In this document: one piece after another, positions 26,859-36,670 of the stretch
Layout: every line of letters starts with the position of its first letter
Position numbering within the stretch: the stretch's first letter is position 1
Source of the DNA: Acutalibacteraceae bacterium
GTDB lineage: Bacteria > Bacillota > Clostridia > Oscillospirales > Acutalibacteraceae
Direction: 5' to 3'
NCBI GenBank assembly: GCA_045537575.1
Contig: JAZSPU010000006.1
Location: 10,814-74,813 of the forward strand
DNA: 64,000 bases
Made by a program: the position numbers and the translations under genes
The notes under the pieces: generated by a model
Seen by the model: only the letters and a program-made list of their open reading frames with translations
Told to the model about the DNA's origin: nothing
The model's database searches: none

Positions 26859-29186
26859 ATGAAGGAAAACACAGCATTTTTAAAGAAAAAAATAGCCTCG
26901 GTAAAGGAGAGGACAAAGCTGACGGGAAGTGAGCTTATAAAAGAAGCTTTAATACATTTATTATTTTTGCTTTCGTCCTTTTTGTGCAGCAGAGCCGATT
27001 TACTAGGTAAATATCTGCCCTTTGGCATCTCCGCCGCCGCGGCAAGTCCGTTAAATTATATGCCGTCTGCGGCTCTGGGCAGTATAATAGGCTACATATT
27101 CCCCGCCAATAATGATGGCGGTTTCAGGTACATTGCCGCTGTGCTCACCGTTACCGCCATAAGACTTTTGACCTCAAAAATAAAATTCACCAGAGAAAAG
27201 CCCATATTTTGCGCCTTTATTGCCCTTCTTTCCGCCTTTTTCACAGGTGTTTCCACCCTTAAAGGACTCAGCGGAGGGGTTACCTTTGCTCTTATTGAAT
27301 CCCTTCTTGCAGGGGGAATCGCCTATTTTTTGCATAGCGGCACCTGTGCTCTTTTAAAATGTAAAGCCGGACTTTCCACCGAGCAGTCTGCAAGTGCGGT
27401 AATATGTATATCGGTAGTACTAACAGGGCTTATGGGTTTTACAATAGGCGATTTATCCATAGGCAGAATAGTTTTTATTTTCTTTATACTCCTTGCTTCC
27501 CGTCAGGCAGGAGCAGGAATGGGTGCAATATTCGGAGTTGCGGCGGCGCTGAGCAGCGCTTCCTCAGGTGCGCCTACCGCCGTTACCGTAATGCTGAGTT
27601 TTGGCGGACTTATGGCAGGAGTTTTTGCGGATATGGGAAAATTCGCCATATCCTGCGCCTTTATCAGCGCTTCCTTAATAGGCGCTCTTACCGGCGGCTT
27701 TACTCCCGAAAACTTAATAGTAGTTATTGAAGCGATTATCGGTTGCGGAATTTATATTTTAATCCCAAAAACCGTCCTTCGACGCTTTTCAAAATATTTT
27801 GCCCGTTCGGTAACGGTGATACGTCCCGAAGGACTGAAAAAAGCCCTTACAATGAGGCTTAATCTTGCAGGCAACGCTTTAAAGGATGTATCCGCAACTG
27901 TAGAAAACGTATCAAGTCAGCTTTCAAAAATAAACTGTCCCGACTTTAAAAAGGTGCTTACAAAAATCGAGGGAGACGCCTGTAAAGGCTGTTCAATGCA
28001 GATATTTTGTTGGGAAACCAAATACGATCAAACCCTTGCCGCCATAATGGCAATGACCAAAGCGGTAAAAAGCGGAGAAAGCTGTGTTGAAAGGTTCTGC
28101 GACGAAGAATTTAAGGGCAGATGCATAAGGGCAAACCGAATGGGAAGCGCAGTTTATAAGCACTACAGCGAATACGCCCTTTCGGTTTCTGCCGAAAAGC
28201 GCATTGAAGAGGTACGAAGCGTTGTAACCGACCAGTTTTCCGGAATCGCCGAAATGCTTTCCTCACTTTCAAAAGAATTTGAAACAGACCAGAGATACGA
28301 TACCGCCATTGCCTCCCGTATAGCATCAACCCTTAAAAATATTGACATAGTAGTAGATGAATGTGGAGTACGTCTTGACAAGGACGAGCGTTTAACGGTA
28401 GATATATGTATTAAAAACTCAAAGGATATCGTGCTTAACCGCGCCGATATTATGAAGGCTTTATGTGTTGCCTGTGACCGTGATTTCGATCCGCCTCTTA
28501 TCACCTTTTCTTCAGGAAATTCTTACATTACAGCAAGTGAACACGCATATCTTACCGCCGATATAGGAGTAAATCAGATAGGCAGCGGCGGTAATGCCAT
28601 TTGCGGAGATTCCTATGAATACTTTTTCGACGGCAAAGGAAAGCTTATTATAATCCTTTCCGACGGTATGGGAACGGGCGGCAGAGCGGCTGTTGACGGC
28701 GCTATGGCAAGCGGTCTTATGAGCAGACTTTTAAAGGCGGGCTTTGATTTTGATGCGGCGCTGAAAATTCTTAATTCATCAATGCTCTTTAAATCAACCG
28801 ACGAATCTCTCGCCACCCTTGACATAGCCGAAATCGACCTTTTTACAGGCAAAACCCGACTTTTAAAGGCAGGGGCGGCGCCCACTATCATACGGCGCTC
28901 AGGCAGAGCGGGAAAGGCTCAAAGCACTTCTCTTCCTGCGGGAATTTTGCGTGGTGTGACCTTTGACAAAGCGGTTATAACTATGAAAAAGGGGGATATT
29001 GTGCTTATGATGTCCGACGGCGCGGCAAGTGAAGGCACCGATTGGATAAGCGCCGAAATCGAAAGCTGGGATGACGGCAGCGCTCAGGCTTTGGCGGAAA
29101 GAATTTCCAAGTGTGCAAGACGCCGTCGTACCGACAAAAAAGAGGATGACATAACTGTAATTGCCGCCATTTTAAAGACCGCGTGA
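26859..29186 (+). CDS. spoIIE: stage II sporulation protein E (PP2C phosphatase, polytopic N-domain)
   Basis: About 10 N-terminal TM segments, a central domain, and a C-terminal PP2C region (..GDSYEYF..IILSDGMGTGGRAA..MMSDGA..DDITVI). Confidence 0.9.
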   Translation: MKENTAFLKKKIASVKERTKLTGSELIKEALIHLLFLLSSFLCSRADLLGKYLPFGISAAAASPLNYMPSAALGSIIGYIFPANNDGGFRYIAAVLTVTAIRLLTSKIKFTREKPIFCAFIALLSAFFTGVSTLKGLSGGVTFALIESLLAGGIAYFLHSGTCALLKCKAGLSTEQSASAVICISVVLTGLMGFTIGDLSIGRIVFIFFILLASRQAGAGMGAIFGVAAALSSASSGAPTAVTVMLSFGGLMAGVFADMGKFAISCAFISASLIGALTGGFTPENLIVVIEAIIGCGIYILIPKTVLRRFSKYFARSVTVIRPEGLKKALTMRLNLAGNALKDVSATVENVSSQLSKINCPDFKKVLTKIEGDACKGCSMQIFCWETKYDQTLAAIMAMTKAVKSGESCVERFCDEEFKGRCIRANRMGSAVYKHYSEYALSVSAEKRIEEVRSVVTDQFSGIAEMLSSLSKEFETDQRYDTAIASRIASTLKNIDIVVDECGVRLDKDERLTVDICIKNSKDIVLNRADIMKALCVACDRDFDPPLITFSSGNSYITASEHAYLTADIGVNQIGSGGNAICGDSYEYFFDGKGKLIIILSDGMGTGGRAAVDGAMASGLMSRLLKAGFDFDAALKILNSSMLFKSTDESLATLDIAEIDLFTGKTRLLKAGAAPTIIRRSGRAGKAQSTSLPAGILRGVTFDKAVITMKKGDIVLMMSDGAASEGTDWISAEIESWDDGSAQALAERISKCARRRRTDKKEDDITVIAAILKTA

Positions 29187-29198
29187 AAAAATTTTTCA

Positions 29199-29227
29199 TT
29201 GACACTGTTTCTTTCACTTGTTATACT
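29199..29227 (+). promoter_or_regulatory. sigma-A-type promoter for the GH16 pair
   Basis: TTGACA (29199-29204), 17-nt spacer, TATACT (29222-29227). Confidence 0.6.
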
Positions 29228-29253
29228 TTTTAGTGAAAGGAGATGATTTAAAA

Positions 29254-30045
29254 ATGAGTACAAAATATACTAAACTTATTTTTGAAAACACTTTTAAAAG
29301 CGAAAAAGACCTTGAAAATTGGGAAATTAAAGAATTTAACGAAATTTTCAAGGGTAAAGAGCCTGTAACAGACATAATGCCCACCCACGTTGACGACGGA
29401 GAAAAGGAGCCAACCGTAGGCGGTACAGTTAATTACCTTAAGAAAAACGTTTACATAAAAGACTCTAACCTTTGCCTTGCAGCCACAAAAGACGAAAACG
29501 GATACTTTGGCGCTATGCTTAGTCTTAAAAACAGAAAATTCGGCAAGGGATACCTAGAGGTAAAGGCTAAATTTCCGCCCTTTTCAAACAGTGTATGGCC
29601 GAAAATGTCTTTGGTTAACAAAGACGGAAAGGTTACCGCCGAAAAGGATTTTGCTCAGATTATGGGTATAAAAGGCAAAAATGCCTGCACCCTTATAGCT
29701 ACATATTTTGACGGTTCTTTTTATAAAAACATTAACTATCTTTACAGCGCAAATAACGCTTGGCCCCGTTTTTATCCCGATGCCGACTCCCCTGAGCTTT
29801 TAAGCGAAGGTTATCATATTTTCGGCATCGAACAGACCGAAACCGACCTTGTTTTTTACGTTGATTCCATAGAGTTTTCAAGAATTGACATTGCTTGTCC
29901 CGTATTTAGTGTTTTTAACAACGAAAGCACCCTTAATTTGAGCATATCTGTAGGTATGCCTAAAATTGAAGCGCCCGATGAAACCACCATTGTTCCTTGC
30001 GAAATGCAGGTTGAGTACGTAAGATTTTACGGGGAGGAAGAGTAA
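29254..30045 (+). CDS. GH16-like (concanavalin-type jelly roll) protein with degenerate catalytic motif
   Basis: It aligns with the downstream paralogue (GYLEVKAKFP vs GYAEIRAKLP). The catalytic block reads EKDFAQ instead of ExDxxE. No signal peptide. Confidence 0.55.
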   Translation: MSTKYTKLIFENTFKSEKDLENWEIKEFNEIFKGKEPVTDIMPTHVDDGEKEPTVGGTVNYLKKNVYIKDSNLCLAATKDENGYFGAMLSLKNRKFGKGYLEVKAKFPPFSNSVWPKMSLVNKDGKVTAEKDFAQIMGIKGKNACTLIATYFDGSFYKNINYLYSANNAWPRFYPDADSPELLSEGYHIFGIEQTETDLVFYVDSIEFSRIDIACPVFSVFNNESTLNLSISVGMPKIEAPDETTIVPCEMQVEYVRFYGEEE

Positions 30046-30836
30046 TGAAGCTTATTCACGATGAACTTATAAAAAACGGATATAAATTAGTTTTTGAAGA
30101 CCATTTTGACGGTGATAGTCTTAATCCTGATGTGTGGCACATAGTTAATATGCGACAGGACGGTCATTTAGGCAGAGGCGCTTGGCGAAAAACCGAAAAC
30201 CTTTGCGTAAACGATTCCGATTTAACCATTACCGCTCGTATAGAGGATGACAAGGAATACACAAGCGGTATGATAAACACCTCAAAAAGCTTTTGCTATA
30301 AATACGGCTATGCCGAAATAAGAGCAAAACTGCCAAAAGGCGGCAGCGGTATCTGGCCGGGATTTTGGACTAAGTCAGACTATAAAGGCGCTCCCCTTAA
30401 TACCGAAATTGATATTTTTGAAATGTTCGGTGATGATACCAAAATTGAATCCACACTTCACGCTTGGTGGCGTGACAGAATTTATGATAATAAAATTCGG
30501 CATATAAGCTACGGTGCAGTAAAAAAACACCTTACTAATCCTTCTTTTTCCGATGATTATCACACAATAGGTTATCATTGGACAAAGGATTACGTTGAGT
30601 TTGCTGTTGACGGTGAACCCCTTCCCCGATTAGAAATAAATAATGCTATGTATTCTGCTTTCCACACTCCTATTTACTTTATAATCAGTATGGCTTTCGG
30701 ACTTCCCTTCTTGCCTGCCCCCGACGAAAACCGAACTGAACCTATTGAATATAAAATTGATTACATACGTCTTTATCAGGACGAAAGCGGAGAGCTTTAC
30801 GATTTTAACGAAGACGGCACCATTGCTAAACGCTAA
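30045..30836 (+). CDS. GH16-family glycoside hydrolase (beta-glucanase/laminarinase type)
   Basis: Canonical EIDIFE catalytic block and GIWPGFW. The start ATG overlaps the upstream stop (TAATG). No signal peptide. Confidence 0.75.
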   Translation: MKLIHDELIKNGYKLVFEDHFDGDSLNPDVWHIVNMRQDGHLGRGAWRKTENLCVNDSDLTITARIEDDKEYTSGMINTSKSFCYKYGYAEIRAKLPKGGSGIWPGFWTKSDYKGAPLNTEIDIFEMFGDDTKIESTLHAWWRDRIYDNKIRHISYGAVKKHLTNPSFSDDYHTIGYHWTKDYVEFAVDGEPLPRLEINNAMYSAFHTPIYFIISMAFGLPFLPAPDENRTEPIEYKIDYIRLYQDESGELYDFNEDGTIAKR

Positions 30837-30843
30837 ATAATTT

Positions 30844-30875
30844 AAGCACAGAGTTTTGGCTCTGTGCTTTTTTAT
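30844..30875 (+). terminator. intrinsic terminator
   Basis: Stem AAGCACAGAG/CTCTGTGCTT with a TTTTGG loop, followed by TTTTT. Confidence 0.85.
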
Positions 30876-30876
30876 A

Positions 30877-30906
30877 TTGACTATTTATATATATTAGTAG
30901 TATAAT
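30877..30906 (+). promoter_or_regulatory. sigma-A-type promoter
   Basis: TTGACT (30877-30882), 18-nt spacer, TATAAT (30901-30906). Confidence 0.55.
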
Positions 30907-30971
30907 ATAGGAGTATATAATGGAATAATATCAGTTTTTCCACAAATCAATTCTCACAGGAGTGAAGGAAA

Positions 30972-32015
30972 ATGAAAAAAATATTCAATAGAATATTCAT
31001 TGACGGACTTTCCGGTATGGCTCTCGGTCTTTTTGCCACCCTTATTATAGGCACTATTTTAGGTCAGATAGCCTCCTTTATTCCGGGGGTTGTAGGCACC
31101 TATCTTACATACGTAGCAAGCTTTGCAAAAACCGTTACGGGCGCAGGCATAGGTGTAGGTGTTGCCGCTAAATTAAAGGCATCTCCCTTAACCGCCGTTT
31201 CTGCCGCCGTTTGCGGTATGGTAGGCGCATTCCCTATTATAGATGCAGGTAAATTCACCTTCGGCGCCGCCGGTGAACCTCTCGGCGCATTTATTGCCGC
31301 TTACATAGCAGTTGAGGTCGGCGCTCTAGTATCAAATAAAACAAAGGTTGATATTATTCTCACTCCCCTTTGTTGTATAGTTATGGGAAGTCTTGCCGCT
31401 TTCCTTATCGGCCCTTATATTTCGTACGCTATGAAGTGGCTGGGCAATCTTGTAAACGTTAACGTTGATAAATATCCCGTTATCGGCGGTATGATAGTTT
31501 CGGTAGTTATGGGTATTTTCTTAACCCTTCCCATTTCAAGCGCCGCCATAGGTGTTTCTATGGGGCTAAGCGGTCTTGCCGCAGGCGCTGCTACCGTCGG
31601 CTGTTGCTGTAATATGATAGGCTTTGCCGTTATAAGCTACAGGGAAAACAAATTCGGCGGTCTTATAGCTCAGGGTGTGGGCACTTCTATGCTTCAGATG
31701 CCCAACATCGTCCGCCATCCGCAGATATGGTTGCCTTCCATTTTCTCCAGCGCAATTTTAGGCCCCCTTTCTGCCGCTGTATTTAAAATGGTAAGCTCTC
31801 CCATTGGCTCGGGTATGGGAAGCGCAGGTTTAGTCGGTCAGTTTGCCGCCTTCTCCGCTATGACGCAAAGCGGAAGCTCCTCTATTAAAGCTCTGCTTTT
31901 AATTGCTTTAATGCACTTTATTCTTCCTGCTGCCGTCTCTCTTGCCTTTAGCGAGGGTATGCGAAAAATGGGAATGATTAAAAGCGGATATCTAAAACTT
32001 AATGCCAATGACTAA
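30972..32015 (+). CDS. PfoR-like / PTS EIIC-like polytopic membrane protein
   Basis: 347 aa and glycine-rich polytopic. The N-terminus ..FIDGLSGMALGLFATLIIGTILGQI.. resembles the PfoR/EIIC-like family from memory. Confidence 0.45.
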   Translation: MKKIFNRIFIDGLSGMALGLFATLIIGTILGQIASFIPGVVGTYLTYVASFAKTVTGAGIGVGVAAKLKASPLTAVSAAVCGMVGAFPIIDAGKFTFGAAGEPLGAFIAAYIAVEVGALVSNKTKVDIILTPLCCIVMGSLAAFLIGPYISYAMKWLGNLVNVNVDKYPVIGGMIVSVVMGIFLTLPISSAAIGVSMGLSGLAAGAATVGCCCNMIGFAVISYRENKFGGLIAQGVGTSMLQMPNIVRHPQIWLPSIFSSAILGPLSAAVFKMVSSPIGSGMGSAGLVGQFAAFSAMTQSGSSSIKALLLIALMHFILPAAVSLAFSEGMRKMGMIKSGYLKLNAND

Positions 32016-32634
32016 AAAAGAACGCGCCGCTTTATGCGTTGAAGCCTTTGAAAAGGAATATCCCGATGCAATTTGTTCATTAAATTATAAAAATCCTTTT
32101 GAATTACTAATTGCAACACGGCTTTCCGCCCAATGCACAGATGCAAGGGTTAATATTGTTACCCCCGCCCTCTTTGAGCGTTTTCCGGACTGCTTTTCTT
32201 TAGCAAAGGCGCCCTTAGACGAGGTTGAGGAGCTTATAAAAACCTGCGGTCTTTACAAAAGCAAGGCAAAAAGCCTTGTGGAAATCGGTAAAATGCTCTG
32301 TGAAGAATTTGGCGGTCAAATCCCCGACAGTATTGAAGAGCTTACCCGACTTCCAGGTGTAGGAAGAAAAACCGCAAATCTTGTTTGCGGAGATATTTAC
32401 GGGCAGCCTGCCGTTGTTGCCGATACGCATTTTATAAGACTTTGCAATCGCCTAGGCTTTATAAATACCAAAGATCCCTATAAAGCGGAAATGAGTATGC
32501 GAAAAATTTTACCAAGTGATAAATCCAATGATTTTTGCCACAGATGTGTGCTTCACGGCAGAAAGGTCTGCACCGCACGACGCGCATACTGTGAAAACTG
32601 TGTATTAAACGAATTTTGTCCCAAGAAGGTGTAA
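32002..32634 (+). CDS. nth: endonuclease III
   Basis: HhH-GPD motif LPGVGRKTANLV..D and a C-terminal Fe-S cluster loop CxxxxxxCxxCxxxxxC. Confidence 0.93.
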   Translation: MPMTKKERAALCVEAFEKEYPDAICSLNYKNPFELLIATRLSAQCTDARVNIVTPALFERFPDCFSLAKAPLDEVEELIKTCGLYKSKAKSLVEIGKMLCEEFGGQIPDSIEELTRLPGVGRKTANLVCGDIYGQPAVVADTHFIRLCNRLGFINTKDPYKAEMSMRKILPSDKSNDFCHRCVLHGRKVCTARRAYCENCVLNEFCPKKV

Positions 32635-32638
32635 AAAA

Positions 32639-33475
32639 ATGTCCCAAAAAAGAGTAGTAGCCATTCACGATATTTCCTGTTTCGGAAAATGCTCACTTAC
32701 CGTGGCTCTGCCAATACTCTCTGCCTGCGGCGCTGAATGTGCCGTAATTCCCACTGCCGTGCTTTCCACCCACACAGGCGGCTTTTCGGGTTATACCTTC
32801 CGTGACCTTACGGAAGACATTTTACCCGTAGCTTCCCATTGGAGAAAGGAAGGCATTACCGCCGACGTTTTCTACAGCGGTTATTTAGGCTCTAAAGAGC
32901 AGGCAGATATTGTTAAACGCACCGTTGAAATGCTTCGCACTCAGCAAAGCATGGTTATTGTTGATCCTGCTATGGCTGATTTCGGGAGGCTTTACAAAGG
33001 CTTTGAAGCCGATTTCCCCCTTGCTATGCTTTCCCTTTGCCAAAGCGCTGACATTATCGTTCCCAACATAACCGAAGCCGCTATGCTTACGGGCATTGAA
33101 TATCTTGAGCCTCCCTACAGCGAAGAATACATAGAAAAACTCATTAAGCGCACCTATGACCTTACGGGCGCAGACGTTGTGCTTACAGGGGTATGCTTTG
33201 ATGACAGACGTATAGGCGCCGCCATTTGCGAAGACGGAGAAATCCGCTATGCGCTGACCAGAAGGGTTGACGCTGTTTATCACGGAACCGGCGACGTTTT
33301 TGCAAGTGCTATGATAGGCGCACTTTTAAATGACCGTTCCTTACAGGCGGCGGTTCAGATTGCCGTCAACTTCACACGTGAATCCATAGAAAAAACCATT
33401 GAAGAAAATCCCGAAAGAGAGTACGGCGTAAACTTTGAATCCGCTTTGCCCGAACTGTTTAAGGTACTTGAATAA
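32639..33475 (+). CDS. pdxK: pyridoxal/pyridoxamine kinase
   Basis: The N-terminus RVVAIHDISCFGKCSLTVALPILSACG and the ribokinase-fold anion hole GTGDVFASA are typical of Firmicute pyridoxamine kinases. Confidence 0.8.
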   Translation: MSQKRVVAIHDISCFGKCSLTVALPILSACGAECAVIPTAVLSTHTGGFSGYTFRDLTEDILPVASHWRKEGITADVFYSGYLGSKEQADIVKRTVEMLRTQQSMVIVDPAMADFGRLYKGFEADFPLAMLSLCQSADIIVPNITEAAMLTGIEYLEPPYSEEYIEKLIKRTYDLTGADVVLTGVCFDDRRIGAAICEDGEIRYALTRRVDAVYHGTGDVFASAMIGALLNDRSLQAAVQIAVNFTRESIEKTIEENPEREYGVNFESALPELFKVLE

Positions 33476-33477
33476 TT

Positions 33478-34881
33478 ATGTCTTCTTTGTCTTTAAGAAA
33501 AATCAGAAACACCTTAATAGGTGATAAAAACTTTTACTCAAAGGTTTTCACTATCCTTTTACCTATGATAGTGCAAAATACTGTAACAAACGTTGTAAGC
33601 TTACTTGATAACGTTATGGTGGGCAGAGTAGGCACAATACAAATGTCTGCTGTCGCTATAGTAAACCAGCTCCTTTTTGTCTTTTCCCTTTGTATTTTCG
33701 GAGGACTTGCAGGGGCGGGTATTTTCTCTGCTCAATATGCAGGCGCAAAGGACGACACCGGTATGCGCTACTGTTTCCGTATGAAGTGCTACGTAGGTGT
33801 TTTAATGCTTATTTTAGCCGCCTTCATTTTCCTTGTTTTCCCCTCAGGTCTTATAAACGCTTATCTTGCCGAAGGTACCTCGGCAGAGGATGCTGCAGCC
33901 ACCCTTTATTTCGGCAAACAGTACCTTTTTATAATGCTTATAGGTCTTATTCCCTTTGCTTTTTCGCAGGTATATGCCAGTACCTTAAGGGAGCTGGGGG
34001 AAACAAAGCTTCCAATGATTGCAACGGTAATTGCAATTTTTGTAAATCTTGTACTAAACTATATTTTAATATTCGGAAAGCTGGGCTTTGCAAAAATGGG
34101 CGTTGCAGGCGCCGCTGTTGCTACGGTTATTTCCCGTTACACAGAAATGCTTATCATTATTATATTTACACATTTTAAAAAGCAACGCTTTACCTTTATA
34201 AAGGGTGTTTATTCTTCGCCCAAAATTCCCCTTTTACTTTCAAAAAAGATTATCCGTTCCGGCTTTCCTCTGCTTATTAACGAGTTTTTATGGTCGCTGG
34301 GTATGGCAATGCTTTTGCAGTGCTATTCCGTAAGAGGTCTGGGTGTTGTTGCCGCTTCCAACATTGCGGGAACTGCGGCAAATCTCTTTAACGTTGCCTT
34401 TATTTCCATGGGCGGCGCTCTTTCCATTATGCTCGGTCAAGCCCTTGGAGCCGGAAATAACCAAAAGGCTAAAGATATGGTGTGGAAGCTTATATCCCTT
34501 TCGGTATTTTTAAGCTTTATTATGGGAGTAATACTCGCCCTTTTATCCTACGCCTTCCCACGTATGTATAATACCGAGCAAGAGGTTCGCCATATTGCCA
34601 CCTACTTTTTATTAATTCTCGCCCTTATAATGCCCGTAAACGCATTCTCCCATTGCTGTTACTTTATTATGAGAAGCGGCGGACGTACAATTATAACCTT
34701 CCTTTTCGACAGCGTTATTATGTGGGGCGTAAATATTCCCATTGCCTTTGCCCTTTCCAGCCATACTTCCCTTAATATCATTACCGTTTATCTTTTGGTA
34801 CAATGTCTTGATATTTTAAAATGTATTCTCGGCTTTATTCTTGTTAAAAAGGGCATTTGGATAAGGAATATCGTCAAATAA
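33478..34881 (+). CDS. MATE-family efflux transporter
   Basis: 467 aa with 12 predicted TM segments. The N-terminal block ..ILLPMIVQNTVTNVVSLLDNVMVGRVG.. is MATE-typical. Confidence 0.88.
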   Translation: MSSLSLRKIRNTLIGDKNFYSKVFTILLPMIVQNTVTNVVSLLDNVMVGRVGTIQMSAVAIVNQLLFVFSLCIFGGLAGAGIFSAQYAGAKDDTGMRYCFRMKCYVGVLMLILAAFIFLVFPSGLINAYLAEGTSAEDAAATLYFGKQYLFIMLIGLIPFAFSQVYASTLRELGETKLPMIATVIAIFVNLVLNYILIFGKLGFAKMGVAGAAVATVISRYTEMLIIIIFTHFKKQRFTFIKGVYSSPKIPLLLSKKIIRSGFPLLINEFLWSLGMAMLLQCYSVRGLGVVAASNIAGTAANLFNVAFISMGGALSIMLGQALGAGNNQKAKDMVWKLISLSVFLSFIMGVILALLSYAFPRMYNTEQEVRHIATYFLLILALIMPVNAFSHCCYFIMRSGGRTIITFLFDSVIMWGVNIPIAFALSSHTSLNIITVYLLVQCLDILKCILGFILVKKGIWIRNIVK

Positions 34882-35806
34882 TTTCTGTTCCTTTATAGTA
34901 CCACTTAAGTATTTCCTTATAGTCGCTTCCCTGCTGTGCCATATAATTGGCGCCGTATTGACTCATTCCTACAAGGTGACCGTATCCCCTTACTGTAAAG
35001 GTAAATGACGAATCCTTGGCGGTAACGTCAAAATTAGCGCTTCGAAGATTAAGGGCGCTTCTTATTTCCTTGCCCGTAAAGGTTTTATCCCCGAATTTAA
35101 TGGTAAGAAGGGTTCCGCTGTCACTATATACAGGAGAAGAAAACCATTTTGACACTTCCACTTCGCTTATTCCTTTGATTTTTTCCTTTAACTGTTCATC
35201 AGTGAAATCTGCGGTAGTAAGATAATTGGGGCTTAGTAAATCCCCCACGCTTTCTACGGGAGTAAGATAGGAATATTCCTTTCCCCAAAGGTTTTTCACA
35301 TCCTCGGTTTTTCCGCCCGAAATGGCGGTATAAAGGGTTAAGGCAGGTTTTCCCTCAAAGGTTACCGTCTGTCCCAGCACCGAATCAATGGCAGAAAGTA
35401 TTTTTTCGGTATATTCCCCTTCGCTTTCTCCCCATTTTTTAGTTCTGCCCTCTTTATCTATATAGGCTTGGTCTAAACTCGAATCACTTGTTATATCAAA
35501 ATCCTCTTTTTTATTTTCGTTTTTGCGCCACAAAGCAAAGGTATAGGCGGCAACGGTCTGCGCTTTTAAGGCTTCAATATGATAGGATGCAGGCATTTCC
35601 GCCGACACAACCCCTAAAATATAATCTCTTGCGGATATAGTACTGATTTCTCCTGACTCCTTGTCCTTAAGGCGAAAGGTGACCTCTGGTGTTTGGGCAG
35701 AATTAGATACGTTTACCGCCTTGGTTTCACTTTTTAAAGACATCAGCGGAAAAACTAAAAACATAAATGCAAGAAACAGGCTTATCCATCCGTAAATACT
35801 TTTCAT
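34874..35806 (-). CDS. spoIID: stage II sporulation protein D (lytic transglycosylase SpoIID)
   Basis: Motifs VVSAEMPASYHIEALKAQTVAAYTFA and GYGHLVGMSQYGANYMA. ATG 35806 (RBS AAAGGA 8 nt upstream) is preferred over 35815. Confidence 0.9.
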   Translation of the reverse strand: MKSIYGWISLFLAFMFLVFPLMSLKSETKAVNVSNSAQTPEVTFRLKDKESGEISTISARDYILGVVSAEMPASYHIEALKAQTVAAYTFALWRKNENKKEDFDITSDSSLDQAYIDKEGRTKKWGESEGEYTEKILSAIDSVLGQTVTFEGKPALTLYTAISGGKTEDVKNLWGKEYSYLTPVESVGDLLSPNYLTTADFTDEQLKEKIKGISEVEVSKWFSSPVYSDSGTLLTIKFGDKTFTGKEIRSALNLRSANFDVTAKDSSFTFTVRGYGHLVGMSQYGANYMAQQGSDYKEILKWYYKGTEII

Positions 35807-35866
35807 ACACTTCATCCTTTAAACATAATTTACTATACAATATATGAATCACGGGAGCAAATTATT

Positions 35867-36670
35867 ATGAAAACCAAAAACCTATTTATTTTTTCTGTCT
35901 GTTTAGCGGTTATATGCGCCGCTATGCGAACAGCCACCACCCTTTACACCACCGAAAGCACTACGGGATTTTTTATCGCCAGACTTTCCTCCCTTGGCAT
36001 ATTTTTAAGTATAGCTATTTTCGTTTTGACATTGGCGGCTTTTATCTTCGCCTTTTTTGCAGACAAAAAAGCAGCCATAGACTTTAAATTAAATAGTCTT
36101 TCAGGCAGCCTTTCTATTCTTTGCGGCATAGTGACGTTGCTTTATCCCGTGCTGTTTACAAATACCTCTCTTATTCCTTGGCAGGATAATTTAACGGTGT
36201 TTTTCGCCTTTCTTTCGGGAGTATGGTTTATATTCTTTGGACTTTCAGCCTTTATTAATCTGAAAATCCCCCCTATTTCATGCGTTGTTCCCTTGTTTTA
36301 TTATTTAATGAGACTGGTGCTTATTTTCACCTCATTCAGCGCCTCTGCTCTTGTAGCTGAGCACGTTTTCTCCCTTGCATACCGTTGCGCTTTACTTGTA
36401 TTTATGCTGATGTTTTTAAGAATCTGCGCAGGATTTCCGTCAAGCCGCACCTTAAAACTCTTTTTGCCCGTAAGCATTTCTACCTTTATACTCACCTTTA
36501 CCAGTATAGTCAGCCGCCTTATTGTGCATTTTTCCCTTGGGGATGCCTTTATCCACGGCGACGTTCCCGTTGACTATGACGGCATAGCGCTGTGCCTTGC
36601 TATATTGCCTATAACCTACAATATTTTAAAAGAAAAAAGGGAGGAAATCGAAAATGAAATTCAATGTTAA
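35867..36670 (+). CDS. hypothetical polytopic membrane protein
   Basis: 267 aa with about 8 hydrophobic segments. GGGAG RBS. No recognisable motif. Confidence 0.5.
   Translation: MKTKNLFIFSVCLAVICAAMRTATTLYTTESTTGFFIARLSSLGIFLSIAIFVLTLAAFIFAFFADKKAAIDFKLNSLSGSLSILCGIVTLLYPVLFTNTSLIPWQDNLTVFFAFLSGVWFIFFGLSAFINLKIPPISCVVPLFYYLMRLVLIFTSFSASALVAEHVFSLAYRCALLVFMLMFLRICAGFPSSRTLKLFLPVSISTFILTFTSIVSRLIVHFSLGDAFIHGDVPVDYDGIALCLAILPITYNILKEKREEIENEIQC

Noticed and set aside
34874-34881. 8-nt convergent overlap of the MATE and spoIID coding regions, with no terminator between them.
   Set aside because: It is real in the sequence but is a common compact-genome feature. There is no additional signal to suggest regulation.
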